DNA of 63,772 nucleotides, filler included, from Octopus bimaculoides (GCF_001194135.2; 8 parts of 7 records of this genome joined end to end with filler, not necessarily neighbours in it), one strand, 5' to 3'. Positions 11,381-24,760 are shown, numbered from the whole stretch's first letter. Program-made: numbers and translations. The notes: generated from the sequence alone by a model not told the origin.

Positions 11381-13073
11381 NNNNNNNNNNNNNNNNNNNN
11401 NNNNNNNNNNNNNNNNNNNNNNNNNNNNNNNNNNNNNNNNNNNNNNNNNNNNNNNNNNNNNNNNNNNNNNNNNNNNNNNNNNNNNNNNNNNNNNNNNNNN
11501 NNNNNNNNNNNNNNNNNNNNNNNNNNNNNNNNNNNNNNNNNNNNNNNNNNNNNNNNNNNNNNNNNNNNNNNNNNNNNNNNNNNNNNNNNNNNNNNNNNNN
11601 NNNNNNNNNNNNNNNNNNNNNNNNNNNNNNNNNNNNNNNNNNNNNNNNNNNNNNNNNNNNNNNNNNNNNNNNNNNNNNNNNNNNNNNNNNNNNNNNNNNN
11701 NNNNNNNNNNNNNNNNNNNNNNNNNNNNNNNNNNNNNNNNNNNNNNNNNNNNNNNNNNNNNNNNNNNNNNNNNNNNNATATATATATATATAAACGTTGG
11801 TTGGTTGGCTGGTTGAATGATTTCTCCTCGCATTAAATCGTATAAGGAGAAGGAGAGAAAATTAAAAGTGAGAGACGCACACAGACACACAAAAAGAGAG
11901 AAATGGTGAAAGAGAAAAAGAGGAAGTGAGAGAGAGAGACAGGGAGAGAGATATAACATGCTGGATCAGTAATTGGTGGGCAAATGAGTTAAAGATCGTT
12001 ACAGAGAGAGAGAGAGAGAAAGAGAGTGAGAAAGAGAGAGTGAGAGAGAGAGAGAGAGTGAGAGTGTGAGAGAGGGAGAGAGGAATATCACGTGATTTAA
12101 GAGCAGACGAGATATTGTTATGTAAAATCTTTCAATTGCCGAATACTGAATACGAAAATATAACGTCAGTAAACACTGTTTTTCTTCAGAATTTGCTTTT
12201 CCTTTCCAGCTAAAAGGAATTATTGTTTTGTTAAAAATTAAATCAATCTAAACAACTTATATACCATCTCTAAGCAAGCACATCATATTTACAATGCTTG
12301 GAATATATTATCGAGAGAAATGAACGTTACTCAAGTGTATATAAAGATTTTATATACACTTGATATATATAAAGATTTTGTCAATTTATTGTTTTATGAA
12401 ATGCAAAATTGAAGAAAGTAAGCGAGAAAAGTAACAGAGCCAGTATGGGAAAGGAAAAAGAGGCTAAGTGAACGACAAATTTGATAAGAGTTAAACGATA
12501 GTTAATGTATGTAAGCCATATTACTTGATATAAAACAGAGTAGCAAAAGTATGCTTTTTAAGTTATTCGTCATAGGACGGGTAATACGCTAGTATGATGA
12601 ATATTGCCTAATATTGTAGTATTTATTCAGTTTCTTTTTACAGTCTTAACATCATTCTAATCGACAACACCGCTTACCCACGAAATAATGTATAAACATT
12701 GTAACAATAACGGAAATCTGGACGTGCCTTACGTCATATATTTACAGCACAATCGTCACAAATACTTTAATGATGTTTTATTTATCCCCTTTTTATTCAT
12801 TTTCCAAAGTGCTCGAGTACCACCGTTGACGCGCATGTGTGGTTAAATACAACGAAATGATTATGTGTTTCTACACGAAAATCAACACAGCCGTGATCAC
12901 TATGCATATCTCTTCCTTTCTCCTTCCTGTATCCAATTTCTCACTTCTGATACTTTCTGATTATGTATGCAAGCTCACGTTGACTTGCGTTTCCCATCTT
13001 CTGCAGTTAGTCCCTCAAACATAGATGATATAAAACATTGCTATTTTTCTTTTATTTCCTTTCTGTCACCTTT

Positions 13074-13106
13074 TCCCCGAAGAAGGACTTTGTCCGAAAC
13101 GTTGGA
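13074..13106 (+). ncRNA. Minimal hammerhead ribozyme motif with a U4-to-C core change
   Basis: TCC-CCGAAGA-A-GGAC-TTT-GTCC-GAAAC-GTT-GGA: stem I TCC/GGA, stem II GGAC/GTCC. Confidence 0.55.
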
Positions 13107-13591
13107 TTCTCCATTTATCACGACAATTTCACTAAGCACTTTGGATCTGTTTTATATGGTACGCGTGTATGTATAAGTGTATGTATGAATGTGCATACGT
13201 ATGTATGAATATAAGTATGCTTATATGCTTATATGTATGTGTGAGCGTGTATATGAGGTATAAGCATGAATCTCTATTGGATAGTCGAGAAGACTTTTCT
13301 GCCAATATTCTCCTGCTGTAACTATTCCATCATCTTACTCAGATACGCTATATCCAAGAATACGTTATGCTGAATGTCCTTTCTTTGATAGAGACTTGGC
13401 TGCTATTTCAAGTAGAGGCTCTTTGTTTTGGATTTTCACAAGCAACGTGTATGCAGCAGAGAGCTTGCACACATTTTTCTCTGTCTCGACTTTGAAGCCA
13501 TATGCCACAGAATTGCAATTGGAGATTGAGAAAATTCTTCTGCAAATGTACATAGATGTGTCTTAACAAGCTCAGCTATTAACATCTACAC

Positions 13592-13667
<76 letters not shown>

Positions 13668-13689
13668 TTATTTTTAGGGTAAAATTATT

Positions 13690-13815
13690 TTACCGTGCCT
13701 GTGTTGAAGTACTTCCTTCTAGTATAGAAGATTCCAACCATTTCAGTACTTATTTTACTGACCTTAGTGGGATGTAATGCGAACGAACTTGGAAGGAATT
13801 TGAACTCAGAATCTA
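13690..13815 (-). mobile_element. Degenerate SINE family B fragment
   Basis: tacttattttactgacctt...ggaatttgaactcagaa resembles the reverse complement of the family B core. Confidence 0.5.
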
Positions 13816-13987
13816 AAGCTCTTTTGTTCAACAGTCTATCAATTGTGCAGTCAATCTAACATTCATACATATACTCCTACATATATATCCATCCATCTAT
13901 ACATACAAATTCGTAGACATACGTACTTACTAACGTACGTAAAACCCCCACACGTACCCTCCCCTATACACTTACATGTATACATAC

Positions 13988-14019
<32 letters not shown>

Positions 14020-16618
14020 ATGCGTGTATGTATGTATACGGACAGACATGGATACATACATAGGTTCATAGGTAGACACCCGGCGTGAACAGACGCAAAC
14101 TTTAGCGTAAGAGAGTATTCATTGACTTTTCGACAAAATCTATTCTCAAACAATAATGGTACGACTACCAGCTTTACTAAATAACTGCTTATTCTTCTGA
14201 AGACATTTGCTAAATCAACCTTTTATTCAACGTTGTAGTGATACATGTCTGGAACTTGCAATCACCTTGCAGAGATGCGTTACAAGCAACAGGCTGGACA
14301 CGACAACAGCGACACCGGAGGACAGAAGAAATACCGGTATTGTAAAAGGTAAATAGAATCTTATTTATTGTAATTATAGAAGAAACTGAAACTAGAAAAC
14401 ACATTTTCTTAGAGTAGAACTCGATAATGACTTATATAATTGCTATAAAATGGCAAAAAGTTCCCTCAGCTATATGAATTGAATGACAGTCTACTGGGAC
14501 GAACTTCACTCAGAGTTGAATTATTTCATGAGAAAACTTTTACGCTAACAAGCAACATTTGCTGAACATAAGAAAAGCGTTGATGATTGTAGTTCTACAC
14601 TCCAAAATATGAAGAGTACAGAAATGACAGTAGGTGAAGTAATTCCTGGAATCCTCATGCGGACCCTACGTGTGACAACAAACCTGATTCTAATTTCTGC
14701 TATGCTTCTTTGCAGTAAGCCTGATGTTTCAAATCCAACTGCCAGTGACTATAGTAGCAACCACGATAGTAAGTATATTACTACGAGGTGGGAAGAATTG
14801 TAAGTAATTGTAATTTATTCTTAATGAAATACTTCAAGAGAAGATTTTTGTTTTGACACACCAGTTACAAGGTAAGCTTTACTTGGTCAGCATTGATAAG
14901 AGACGCAGTGAGTTGATGTCGATAATGATTTATGATACAGATACGAAATATTTATAAAAGACTCATGTCACTTAAATTTGGCGAACATATTCCTATTTAT
15001 ATGCGCTTTTCACAACTGCTAAGCAGTATCATGAGGACACTATACAAAGCCAGAACATTAAAAAAGTTGCCTGCCATTATTGATCTATGGAAGACTAGCA
15101 TTTATGTGGCGATACTGCATGTACATAGGCAAATAATTACGCTTCTCTGCTACAAAAATTGAAAAATAAATAGAAATGATGTTTGGAGATCATAAAAACG
15201 AAACGCTTGAAGTTTCGCTCTGATACAGGCAAACAGGAATTTGAGGGCGTCAGTGACAAACGCTGATAACAGATGAGAGTCTCTAAAAAAAGAAAGGCCT
15301 TAAGAATTTTCAGTGAAAATCAATTACCAGTCTACAGAGATATGAGAGAGAGAGAGTGAGAAAGAGAATAAGGGAGAGAGAGAATAAGAGAGAACAGTCA
15401 ATAAAAATGACATTGACTCATTTTCAGGAGCTTAAGATTCTTCTTAGAGAAAAAAAAGGAGTTTAACCTGAATACAGTGTGGCTAGAAGGGACCAAAAAA
15501 AAAAAATATATATATAAAAGAAAAAGAATTTTTGGCTACAGCAGGATAGGAAGTGAATTGATTGATAGTTTCTGATGCAAAAAAAAAAAAAAAGAAAAAA
15601 GAGAGAGATTGAAATTTGACCATCTCATTGATCTTTGTTAGCAAGCACTCAATGTTTGGAGATAATAAAAATGAAATGCTTGAAGTTTTGCTCTGATACG
15701 CGTAAACAGGAGTAAATATACTGATGACTGGCATTGGCAGAAATAAGTGATACTAAAAGACAAAACACACACACAAAAGCAAAAAATGAACAAACAAAGA
15801 AAACTGCTCACATGGCCAACAGCTACTGACCAAATGCGAATGCTGTCTGTCTGAACTTATTCCTCCAGGATTACCGGGAAAGTAATAATACCGTTGCAGT
15901 TTAAGGAGCATCTTGGAAGAAGGGAGTTTGGAGATATATTGAGTTACTTCTAAACAACAAAACGGGTCAAAATAGCGAAGGGCAACTGGAATTTGGTTTG
16001 AACTTAATTGAAGACCAGAAATACACATTCTGATATGTTACACATTCAGATTAGTTGCAACAAGATTGCAAATGAAAGCGTTCTACTTGTCAACATAAGG
16101 TCATACATGGTGTTGTTAAAAGTGCGGTCAAATCTTCGAGAAGCATTTTAATTTTCAAGTCAATGCTTGTTGTAGCAATGAAGCCACTTCGAACTGAAAT
16201 GCAAGATCGAACTTCTTGCGGAGCAACTGCCCCTGCTGCCCCCCAAAACTATAGCACAGATTTGTGTAATATATAAAAAAACATCGTTCATTTAGCACCT
16301 TGTTACTATAAACACGCATACACGCACACAAATGCACACATTTATACACTTACGCGCGCTAGCACCCCCTACACAAACACGCACACGTGAGCACATAGGT
16401 GCCAAACAAATTAAAAGAAATAGCACACGATCATCAACTTCGCAAACTATCACGCAAAGGTTTACGAAACCGATCCTCAGGCTCTCTGAACTACCTGATG
16501 AGCGGTTATGCACTCAGTTAAAATGTAGCCCGGTTGGATGATAAATGATATTCCTCTACTGGTATTGATTCTTCCTTATTTCTCTTCTTTTCTTTCGCTC
16601 TCTCTTTCTCTCAGTCTA

Positions 16619-16745
16619 CAGGGTGTCCACAAAGTCTGGGTACATGGGGATTAACACATACTTTAAGAAATTATTATTTCTTATATTTAATTGTTTATGT
16701 TATGATTTTATTTACTCCATGTACCCAGACTTTGTGGACACCCTG
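16619..16745. mobile_element. 127-bp Tc1/mariner-type MITE
   Basis: Perfect 29-bp TIRs (cagggtgtccacaaagtctgggtacatgg and its reverse complement at 16717-16745) with TA on both sides (16617-16618, 16746-16747). Confidence 0.9.
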
Positions 16746-17289
16746 TATTTTTCTCTGCCTCTCTCGCTCTCTCTCCTCCTCTCCCACACTCTCTCTCTTC
16801 TCCTCTCATTCGCTTTTTTTGGCCTATAACTGTAGTTCAAAAGTCTAGCTCTGTCATACTGAGCCACGCTGTTTCGACTTAACACTGTATAAAATATAAA
16901 AAATGTGTGCCGAACACTCAAACATGAATTTCAAAAGTAGGAAATTTAGTTGGACGATACGTAGGAGAAGCCTCCATTCCTCTTGTCCGTCATCAAAAAC
17001 TGTAATCTTTGCTATTGTTGTTGTTGCTTGACAATAAATCAGTTCCGATCAAGCAGACATGATCAAACGGATTCTAGTCATGTCCATTCCGCTTTTACCA
17101 TTTCTATGGAAACTCGGGAACACATTATCCAACCACACTTTCGTTTCGTTCTTGAAGCTAAGGTGTCATTTGAGGGAGACCTGATTGCTGTTCCTAGCAT
17201 ATCCAGCATTCCTTGCCTCTTTTTTACTCCTGCTCTTCTATATGGCTCTTTCGACTAACTTCATTCCGTGTTTTGCATTTCCTTCTCGT

Positions 17290-17367
17290 TTTCTTTCTTT
17301 TTTTTCTTACATTCTTGTCTTGTCCGCTTTCCTGCTTCCCTGCTTTCTGTTTTTTTTTACTGTCGTT

Positions 17368-17411
<44 letters not shown>

Positions 17412-17492
17412 TTATTCGTTCTCTCTTTCTTTCTTGCTTTCTTTCTTTCTTTTGCCTTTCTTTCTTTCTTCCTTCCTTTATTTCTTTTTTGC

Positions 17493-17543
<51 letters not shown>

Positions 17544-17592
17544 TCCTTCTTTCTTTCTTTCTTTCTTTCTATCTTTTGCCTTTCTTTTTTTG

Positions 17593-17645
<53 letters not shown>

Positions 17646-17890
17646 TTCCTTTCCTTTCTATCTCACTTTTTTCTCGTTCTTATCTCTTTAAACGTCTTTC
17701 TTTCTTTCCTTCTTTCTCTTTTCCGCTTTTACCCTTTTCCTTTCTGTGCCTTTTCTTTCTTTCTTTTTTTCGTTCTTTCGTTCTTTCTATCTCATTTTTC
17801 TTTCTTTCTTTTTTTCTTTCTTTCTTTCTTTCTTTCTCCCTTCGTTCGTTCGTTCGTTCGTTCGTTCGTTCGTTCGTTCCTTCCTTCCTT
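17290..17890. repeat. About 600-bp (TTTC)n/(TTCG)n polypyrimidine tract
   Basis: Direct reading. Confidence 0.95.
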
Positions 17891-17978
17891 CTACCGTAAT
17901 GCCTCATCTTTTCATGCTATTGAAAATTTCAATCGTGTGGCTGTGGCTATGAAGGGCACACACTGAACTGCGTTAAAG

Positions 17979-18329
17979 GCTCCATTTCTTATTTTCGACT
18001 CCATTTCTTATTTTCGACTCCATTTCTTATTTTCGACTCCANNNNNNNNNNNNNNNNNNNNNNNNNNNNNNNNNNNNNNNNNNNNNNNNNNNNNNNNNNN
18101 NNNNNNNNNNNNNNNNNNNNNNNNNNNNNNNNNNNNNNNNNNNNNNNNNNNNNNNNNNNNNNNNNNNNNNNNNNNNNNNNNNNNNNNNNNNNNNNNNNNN
18201 NNNNNNNNNNNNNNNNNNNNNNNTTTCTTATTTTCGACTCCATTTCTTATTTTCGACTCCATTTCTTATTTTCGACTCCATTTCTTATTTTCGACTCCAT
18301 TTCTTATTTTCGACTCCATTTCTTATTTT
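17979..18329. repeat. 19-bp tandem minisatellite (ctccatttcttattttcga)n spanning an N gap
   Basis: Identical units on both sides of the gap; period 19. Confidence 0.92.
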
Positions 18330-18606
18330 ATCGATTCAGGAAAAGAAACGAAAAGTGGAACTGAGCTGGATTAGAACGCAGGATAGAGGAAAATGAAACC
18401 AAATACCAGAAGGTACACTGTCGAATGTCCTACCGATTTTGGGAGCCAACCCAGTATAATACACGCACACATACACATGTGTGGGCGTATGTGTTTTGAG
18501 TGTCACTGTGCAGGTATATATGTATGGTTCACTCTCTCTCTCTTTCTGAATTTATATGTATATGTTTGTATACACGCGCGCGCGCGCGCACACACACACA
18601 CACACA

Positions 18607-18840
18607 CACGAGGGTGTGCTGAAAAGGTCTTGGCTCTAAGGGTACCGCGAAAGGCCCGAATCGGGGGCTCAAACTTCCAAATTCATTTACAGGGCTTAAA
18701 AAACTAAAAAAAACTGAAGGACCCAGAGCAATAAGTGTGTGAATCTGAAAAGTGAACATATTGACAAAAATCTTAATTGACTGATCCTCCTGTATTATTT
18801 TTACCCAAAAACCAAGAACTTTTCAGCACCATGTCGCGTG
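18607..18840 (+). mobile_element. Mariner internal-deletion derivative (MITE-like)
   Basis: Imperfect TIRs (gtgctgaaaaggtcttgg / ccaagaacttttcagcac) enclosing a C-terminal remnant ..NKCVNLKSEHIDK, similar to the mariner RWxKCxxLxGxYVEK end. Confidence 0.65.
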
Positions 18841-18893
18841 TGTGTATATATATATATATACACACGGGAGCGAAGACATGTTACTATGAAGTA

Positions 18894-18932
18894 GAGAAAT
18901 TTGAAAAGACAACACGAAACCGGTTATTTCTC
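18894..18932 (+). ncRNA. Hammerhead-like motif with U3:A8 core and collapsed stem II
   Basis: GAGAAAT-TTGAAAA-G-ACAACA-C-GAAAC-CG-GTT-ATTTCTC: 7-bp stem I, palindromic stem III, stem II reduced to 1 bp. Confidence 0.45.
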
Positions 18933-19084
18933 CAAATACAATGTTTATATACCAAAACAATTTTATAACATTTTTCTGACATAACTTAAATATATACTTT
19001 AACCATGTAACATAAGCCTTCTGTAGTTTTTTCACTCTTGTTTATCTTTTATACATCCAACCACGTGCTTTCACATACCAATTT

Positions 19085-19126
<42 letters not shown>

Positions 19127-19936
19127 NNNNNNNNNNNNNNNNNNNNNNNNNNNNNNNNNNNNNNNNNNNNNNNNNNNNNNNNNNNNNNNNNNNNNNNNNN
19201 NNNNNNNNNNNNNNNNNNNNNNNNNNNNNNNNNNNNNNNNNNNNNNNNNNNNNNNNNNNNNNNNNNNNNNNNNNNNNNNNNNNNNNNNNNNNNNNNNNNN
19301 NNNNNNNNNNNNNNNNNNNNNNNNNNNNNNNNNNNNNNNNNNNNNNNNNNNNNNNNNNNNNNNNNNNNNNNNNNNNNNNNNNNNNNNNNNNNNNNNNNNN
19401 NNNNNNNNNNNNNNNNNNNNNNNNNNNNNNNNNNNNNNNNNNNNNNNNNNNNNNNNNNNNNNNNNNNNNNNNNNNNNNNNNNNNNNNNNNNNNNNNNNNN
19501 NNNNNNNNNNNNNNNNNNNNNNNNNNNNNNNNNNNNNNNNNNNNNNNNNNNNNNNNNNNNNNNNNNNNNNNNNNNNNNNNNNNNNNNNNNNNNNNNNNNN
19601 NNNNNNNNNNNNNNNNNNNNNNNNNNNNNNNNNNNNNNNNNNNNNNNNNNNNNNNNNNNNNNNNNNNNNNNNNNNNNNNNNNNNNNNNNNNNNNNNNNNN
19701 NNNNNNNNNNNNNNNNNNNNNNNNNNNNNNNNNNNNNNNNNNNNNNNNNNNNNNNNNNNNNNNNNNNNNNNNNNNNNNNNNNNNNNNNNNNNNNNNNNNN
19801 NNNNNNNNNNNNNNNNNNNNNNNNNNNNNNNNNNNNNNNNNNNNNNNNNNNNNNNNNNNNNNNNNNNNNNTGTATGTATGTATGTATGTATGTATGTATG
19901 TATGTATGTATGTATGTATGTATGTATACATGTATA

Positions 19937-20627
19937 CAGGGTGCGGTGAGTGAACTGTCGTCTAAATTACGCTAAAATGAAAATAACACTAACATCTCAT
20001 TTCAACAGATATATTTACCAAAATTACATAAAAATATCATGAAATACTAAAGAGTAAATTCCTTCAATAAAATCGCCATTAGCTTCAACCTCGACCTCTA
20101 TACGACTTCGGATCTCCTGCAGCTCTTGTGAACGATCTCCTTGTTTAAAATGGTGATTGCTGCAATCAATTCATTTTTGGTTTTACTAGGAGTTTTGTTG
20201 GTCCCTTGCTTAACTGCGCCCCATACATAAGAATCAAGGGGGTTGCAGTCTGGGGAGTTATGTGGCCAGATGTTAGGGGTGATGTGGTCGCACAAATTGT
20301 CTGACAATCATGACTGGGTTCTCCTGCTTGTGTGGAATGGTGCAGAGTCCTGTTGCCAGACATAGAATCTTCTGGCAGCCACCCTCTTGACTCTGGGCAT
20401 TACCGCTTCCTCCAGGCACTTAATGCAGGCCTCCGAGTTGAGTATGACGTCGTGTGGGAAGATGAATGGAGGCATAACGTTGCCATCACTAATGATCACT
20501 TAAAACACCATGATGTTGGCTGGATGTTTAGTTTTTTTCACTCTCGGTACATGTTTTGTGGACACAGTAAGTCAACGTTTGCTCTTTGTGTTCACCGTCT
20601 CATCCTGGCAGAAAGTGTTCTCGTCTG
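19937..20627 (-). mobile_element. maT (DD37D) Tc1/mariner-superfamily transposon, 3' half, decayed
   Basis: VWQQDSAPFHTSRRTQS followed by SDNLCDHITPNIWPHNSPDCNPLDSYVWG gives 37 residues between the last two catalytic Asp when frames are joined; end TA-CAGGGTG at 19935-19943. Confidence 0.85.
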
Positions 20628-20754
20628 NNNNNNNNNNNNNNNNNNNNNNNNNNNNNNNNNNNNNNNNNNNNTTAATTAATTAANNNNNNNNNNNNNNNNN
20701 NNNNNNNNNNNNNNNNNNNNNNNNNNNTATATATAGATAGATAGATATATACAT

Positions 20755-20917
20755 ATATACGACGGGCTTCTTTCAGTTTCCGTCTACCAAATCCACTCAC
20801 AAGGCTTTGGTCGGTTCGAGGCTATAGTAACAGACACTTGCCCAAGATGCCACGCAGTGGGACTGAACCCGGGCCCATGTGATTGGTAAGCGAGCTACTT
20901 ACCACACAGCCACTCCT
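20755..20917 (-). mobile_element. SINE family C, 5' half
   Basis: Reverse complement of the head and body at 40291-40450. Confidence 0.85.
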
Positions 20918-22524
20918 AAAGTTTTTTTTTTTTTTTGAGCTGAAGAACAGCAAACTTACTAATCCTTAATGTTCGGGTATTTCAACTGAGCTGACGATGC
21001 GTTATTTTCTTTTATTTCATTCTAAATGAAATAACTAAATCCAAAATTTAATAAAAAAGTAAAAAAATTATTCGAATTAGAGAAACAGGTAGCATACATT
21101 TGCGATATTTCCATCTGTGCCCTTATATTGTATTTTCCTTTTCTTGAATAAAAGTATATCTTTTATCGACTTCGGACTTTCTCATTCACATAATTTGCTG
21201 TATGCTTCATTTCATGTTGCCTCCTTTACAAAAAGTAGCTGTATTTTGTTTACTTACTTAGTGAGTATAGGTCTTCAAATATCAACATGTAGGGATATTT
21301 TCAGTAGGTGAGCGCTGAGTGCGAAAGTTTTGATGTAAAAGGAAATACCCTAAGCATGCGCCTGTACATTACACAGCTACATTTGCAAGTGGGCATTTGC
21401 CTTTGACGGTCAATGTATTGGTGCACTTCCTTGGCTGACCCTAGTTGAACTCTTTCACGTACTAGAAGAAACGCATCATCTAAATAATAGAATATCATAT
21501 ATACGTTTGATCTGATTTCTCCTGTTTTTACCCATTCAAACGTTTAAACTTATGCATCCGCACAATGCAACCCATTTGAATAATATTCCTTTAACCCTTG
21601 TCTTTCTGCCCCACCCCCAAAAAAGCGTTTAGTTTTCCCTCACTTGCAGCAAGTTATTGTACCCAAATGGAAATTTTCTCCTTGTGTGAACACAGACACA
21701 TAGTTAGATGTCGTGTGCATGCTCATAGCAAAATTCCATTGAAATGACAAGAAAAATAGACAGATCCATAATCGACTAAGTCAGTTATAACATAACTATC
21801 GCATCCATTATCTGACATATATTTTGTTAAAAGTGTTCGTGTAATTTGCAACACCTACATACGATTACATATTGTTTAACATCGTATTTAACCTACGGCT
21901 TAAATATATCTGAAACTGAAGCCTTCATTTCTTTCTAATATCCGCAGGCTCTACGAATAATACTTCAATTACAAGCTTGCCTTAATCAGTTACTGGTTTC
22001 CATTGATACGAAACGGCAGGAATGTAAATATATGAAGTGTATTCTTGCATATGAAGAAAATGAAGCTGTAATAAACACAAGACAGTTTTGAAATATTTTG
22101 TTTTATATTAAAATGTGCTCTCACCTATATGATAAAATTTTAACTATATATGCGTATAACACCATTGTTGTAGTTGTTGTTGTTATTATTATTATTATCA
22201 TTATTATTATTATTATCATTATTATTATTATTATTATTATCAGTATTATTATTTTTATTATCATTATCATCATCATTTTCATTAGCATCTTCTTGCAATT
22301 CCGTTTCCATTTCTTCCTGACAACTAGGGCAGAGAAACGTACTCTACACATTGGTAGGCCTTTAAAACAAGTACACCACATTGTTCATTTACAGAGTCGT
22401 GTGACAGAGAAAAAAAGGGAAGACAGAAAGAAAAACGAAAAAATAAAAATAAAAAAGTAAAAAAAAATAAGATAAAGGGGGGGAAAAGGACAGAAAATTT
22501 ACAGCGATAATGTTCTTCTCAATA

Positions 22525-22885
22525 TGTGTCACATACCAGCTAAGACAATCTTTTGCGCTTTGTGCATGGATGGTAAGCCAGGGATCATTCTTAAATAAAT
22601 TTCAGTTCCTTTTTTCATCATTCCAAATGCGCCTACAATCGCTACTATTGTAACTGTCTTGAGATGACACTTCGTTTCGATTTCGATTAGCAGGTCTTTA
22701 TATTTTTTGAGCTTATCAAATTCTTTTGCCAAGTCACAGGGTGTGCTCATGCCAATCAATAAACAAATTGTATTGCTCTTGTCTTTCACAACAATATCTG
22801 ATTTATTTGCTTTGATGGTCCGATCTGTACATACTTTGAAGTCCCAAAGAATAGTTACATTTTCTCCCTGAGATACATCCTCATA
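22525..22885 (-). mobile_element. Dong/R4-type non-LTR retrotransposon 3' fragment (restriction-like endonuclease)
   Basis: ILWDFKVCTDRTIKANKSDIVVKDK...DKLKKYKDLLIEI...IVGAFG; 5' junction abuts (AAT)n. Confidence 0.8.
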
Positions 22886-22893
22886 ATCATTAC

Positions 22894-22951
<58 letters not shown>

Positions 22952-23680
22952 GTTGTTGTTGTTGTTGTTATTGTTGTTGTTGTTATTGTTGTTGTTGTTG
23001 TTACTGTTGTTTGTGTTATTGTTGTTTTTGTTATTGTTGTTGTTATTGTTGTTGTTGTTGCTGTTATGTTTGTTGTTGTTTTGTGTATGATTAGCGAAGC
23101 TTGGAGGTACTGAGATATTTTCTAATCTTAAGTCAAAAGATCAGATTTTATGAAATATCTCCTTAAGTTTCGTAATTCTGAAGCATTAAATACGCAATTC
23201 TGCCGCCCTAGTTAAAAAAAATTGAAATAAATAAACTTATAATATAAATAAATAAGCAAATAAATTTATAGATGGATTGCCTTTAATATGAAGTGTAACT
23301 AAATGCTATAAGCAGTGGTGCTGGATGAAATCCAAGCCTTCACCCAGGGTTGTTTCCAATTGACTGGATTAAATTTTGACCAGACGCACGCACACGCTCC
23401 CTCCACACACTCACACATGAACGCAAGCACGCATGCATTCACGCACAAATCTACACACGCATCCCCCCATGCACGTACAAAACATGTGTTGCATCGTTTT
23501 GTTACCAACGTAATCGATTATGGTTTTATTTTTATAGTAAGAATTTCATAAAATGCAGCTATCCGGATTTTTGTTCTAAGCGTGTGTATGTGTGTATGTG
23601 TGTGTGTGTGTGTGTGCGTGTGTGTGTGTCTGCGCGCGTGTGCGTGTGTGTGTGTGTGTGCGTGTGTGTGTGTGTGCGTG

Positions 23681-23718
<38 letters not shown>

Positions 23719-24147
23719 TCTGTCCTAATTGCTAGATTTAAATATACTGCCATTTCCAGTCCAATGTTTCTACCACAGTCAATAATATGTAACTCANNNN
23801 NNNNNNNNNNNNNNNNNNNNNNNNNNNNNNNNNNNNNNNNNNNNNNNNNNNNNNNNNNNNNNNNNNNNNNNNNNNNNNNNNNNNNNNNNNNNNNNNNNNN
23901 NNNNNNNNNNNNNNNNNNNNNNNNNNNNNNNNNNNNNNNNNNNNNNNNNNNNNNNNNNNNNNNNNNNNNNNNNNNNNNNNNNNNNNNNNNNNNNNNNNNN
24001 NNNNNNNNNNNNNNNNNNNNNNNNNNNNNNNNNNNNNNNNNNNNNNNNNNNNNNNNNNNNNNNNNNNNNNNNNNNNNNNNNNNNNNNNNNNNNNNNNNNN
24101 NNNNNNNNNNNNNNNNNNNNNNNNNNNNNNNNNNNNNNNNNNNNNNN

Positions 24148-24178
<31 letters not shown>

Positions 24179-24713
24179 TATATATATATACATTCATGTT
24201 GTAAGAAAAAAGCAATATACATTCGCCTATAGATTTTTTAATGTGGGCAGTGGAAGGAATGAAAGTGTAGTAGTCACGCCATTTCATTACTAGATATTTA
24301 TATACAGATATTTTCTTTCATGTATACGTTGATCGATTGACATTGTATCGTTGGGTAAATTTGGAAGGGAGATTTTCCCGTTTTTCGATCCCATCTTCAA
24401 AATCAATCGGCAGACAACTTCACACTTCATCTATCCATAGCGGATGAGCGATGTTTAAGGCTCGAGAAACTGTGAGCTTCTATTAGTCTCTCGCATTTAT
24501 CGTTCTTTATCGCTTAATCTGCTTTACAGTAATTTGCTGTGAAATGTTGGTAGAGAATACTCACGCTATTACCCTCTTTTCAGAGATTGAGTAGAATTGA
24601 GGTACAACTCGAAACCTATTCTCACCTACTTAACTTCAAACATAGTTGGCACAAAGTACCATCATATCATTTTCCAGCATAGAACGCTAAAAAAAATTGT
24701 TCTGATCGGTTCA

Positions 24714-24760
<47 letters not shown>

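Noticed and set aside
14273-14348. Exon-like segment (ttgcAG ... AAG|GTAAAT)
   Set aside because: In the phase required by the upstream exon it hits TAA and lacks HND; weak pyrimidine tract. Could only be a non-coding or cryptic exon.
16460-16520. GAAACCGATC...CTGATGA and CTGAGGA on the opposite strand
   Set aside because: Core elements cannot be arranged with closing stems in any hammerhead topology.
17185-17966. Long F/L/S-rich ORFs (168-232 aa)
   Set aside because: Translations of the (TTTC)n tract, open in several frames; not genes.
17979-18329. Regular repeat array as CRISPR
   Set aside because: Contiguous 19-bp units with no spacers, in eukaryotic DNA.
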